Positions 22,835-23,793 of a stretch of 23,793 nucleotides of DNA are shown one piece after another. The notes beneath the pieces were generated by a model, which saw nothing but the letters and a program-made list of their open reading frames with translations, searched no databases and had not been told where the DNA came from. Position 1 is the first letter of the stretch, and each line of letters begins with the position of its first letter. The stretch is taken from contig JBHGNT010000466.1 of assembly GCA_043228905.1 (NCBI GenBank), positions 1 through 23,793 of the forward strand, written 5' to 3'. This DNA comes from Azolla caroliniana. Its lineage: Eukaryota > Plantae > Polypodiophyta. Position numbers and translations under genes: made by a program.

Positions 22835-23793
22835 TGTGGCTCGTGTGATGTCGGATTTTTGTGTTCAAACATGCGAATCGAAGCTAACAGCGCTAGCTAT
22901 GATATAGAATTAAAAAATCAAGATTTTGAAACTCAGGTCGAGAGACATGAAGAAATTACCAAATTTGAGGAGGTGGTTGAGAAGAGCTAGTAGCTAAATT
23001 AAAATGTTCATACGTGGCTCGTGTGATAACGGATTTTTGTGTTCAAACAAGCAAATCGAAACTAACAACGCTAGCTATGATATGGAATTAAAAAAACAAG
23101 ATTTTGAAACTCAGGTCGAGAGACATGACGAAATTACCAAATTTGAGGAGGTGGTTGAGAACAGCGCGTGAGTAAATTAAAATGTTCATACGTGGCTCGT
23201 GTGATATCGGATTTTAGTGTTCAAACCTTCGAATCGAAGCTAACAACGCTAGCTATGATATAGAATTAAAAAATCAAGATTTTGAAACTCAGGTCGAAAT
23301 ACATGAAGAAATTACCAAATTTGAGGAGGTGGTTGAGAAGAGCTAGTAGCTAAATTAAAATGTTTATACGTGGCTCGTGTGTTATCGGATTTTTGTGTTC
23401 AAACAAGCAAATCGAAACTAACAACGCTAGCTATGATATGGAATTAAAAAATCAAGATTTTGAAACTCAGGTCGAGAGACATGACGAAACTACCAAATTT
23501 AAGGAGGTGGTTGAGAAGAGCGCGTGAGTAAATTAAAATGTTCATATGTGGCTCGTGTGATATCGGATTTTAGTGTTCAAACCTCCGAATCGAAGCTAAC
23601 AACGCTAGCTATGATATGCAATTAAGAAATCAAGATTTTGAAACTCAGGTCGAGATACATGACGAAATTACCAAATTTGATGAGGTGGTTGAGAAGAGCT
23701 AGTACCTAAATTAAAATGTTGATACCTGGCTCGTGTGATATCGGATTTTTGTGTTCAAACATGCGAATCGAAGCTAACAACGCTAGCTATGAT
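22774..23793. repeat. Large higher-order block, start of copy 3 (cut off by the window end)
   Basis: Matches 1584-2603 (offset 21190) and 11021-12040 (offset 11753), including the private variants GATAACGG, GAACAGCGCG, GTCGAAATAC, TGTTTATAC and TTTAAGG. One new SNP at 23490 (C vs T). Confidence 0.9.

Larger units (their letters stand above)
1..23793. repeat. Tandem satellite array, 178-bp monomer, about 133.6 copies in one orientation; probably centromeric or pericentromeric, family not identified
   Basis: The motif AGGTGGTTGAGAAGAG (or a close variant) recurs at 1, 179, 357, 535, 712, 890 ... 23505, 23683. Consensus: AGGTGGTTGAGAAGAG[CTAGTAGCTA/CGCGTGAGTA]AATTAAAATGTTCATAYGTGGCTCGTGTGATATCGGATTTTTGTGTTCAAACATGCGAATCGAAGCTAACAACGCTAGCTATGATATRGAATTAAAAAATCAAGATTTTGAAACTCAGGTCGAGAGACATGAMGAAATTACCAAATTTGAGG. 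No non-repeat sequence seen; the array runs off both ends. The centromeric label is inferred from monomer size and homogeneity only. Confidence 0.99.

Noticed and set aside
1-23793. CRISPR-like or cassette array of repeats with variable spacers
   Set aside because: There are no unique spacers; the entire 178 bp is repeated with only point differences, and no cas or integrase genes are present.
1-23793. 5S rDNA, tRNA, snRNA or telomeric tandem array
   Set aside because: No recognisable structural RNA sequence, Pol III internal boxes or telomeric repeats on either strand.

Overview
The whole window is one uninterrupted head-to-tail satellite DNA array: 133 complete monomers plus a 111-bp partial one, 178 bp each (single-base indel variants are 177 or 179 bp). 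The consensus is about 36% GC by hand count and purine-rich on the + strand. I see no genes, RNA genes, transposons or CRISPR spacers, and the six listed ORFs are chance read-throughs of the repeat. Monomer length and homogeneity fit a eukaryotic centromeric or pericentromeric satellite, but I cannot name the family or organism, and centromere function cannot be shown from sequence. The interest is in the higher-order structure, read by eye from diagnostic variants: a 53-monomer (9437 bp) period with a third copy starting at the right end, a 16-monomer (2849 bp) tandem duplication that appears to postdate a 7-monomer (1247 bp) one, older 9-mer and 5-mer units, chimeric monomers that localise breakpoints to a few bases, and a dimorphic 10-bp box suggesting an ancestral dimer. 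I found no evidence of a novel protein-coding system. Monomers are numbered from position 1; all counts are manual and need confirming by alignment.
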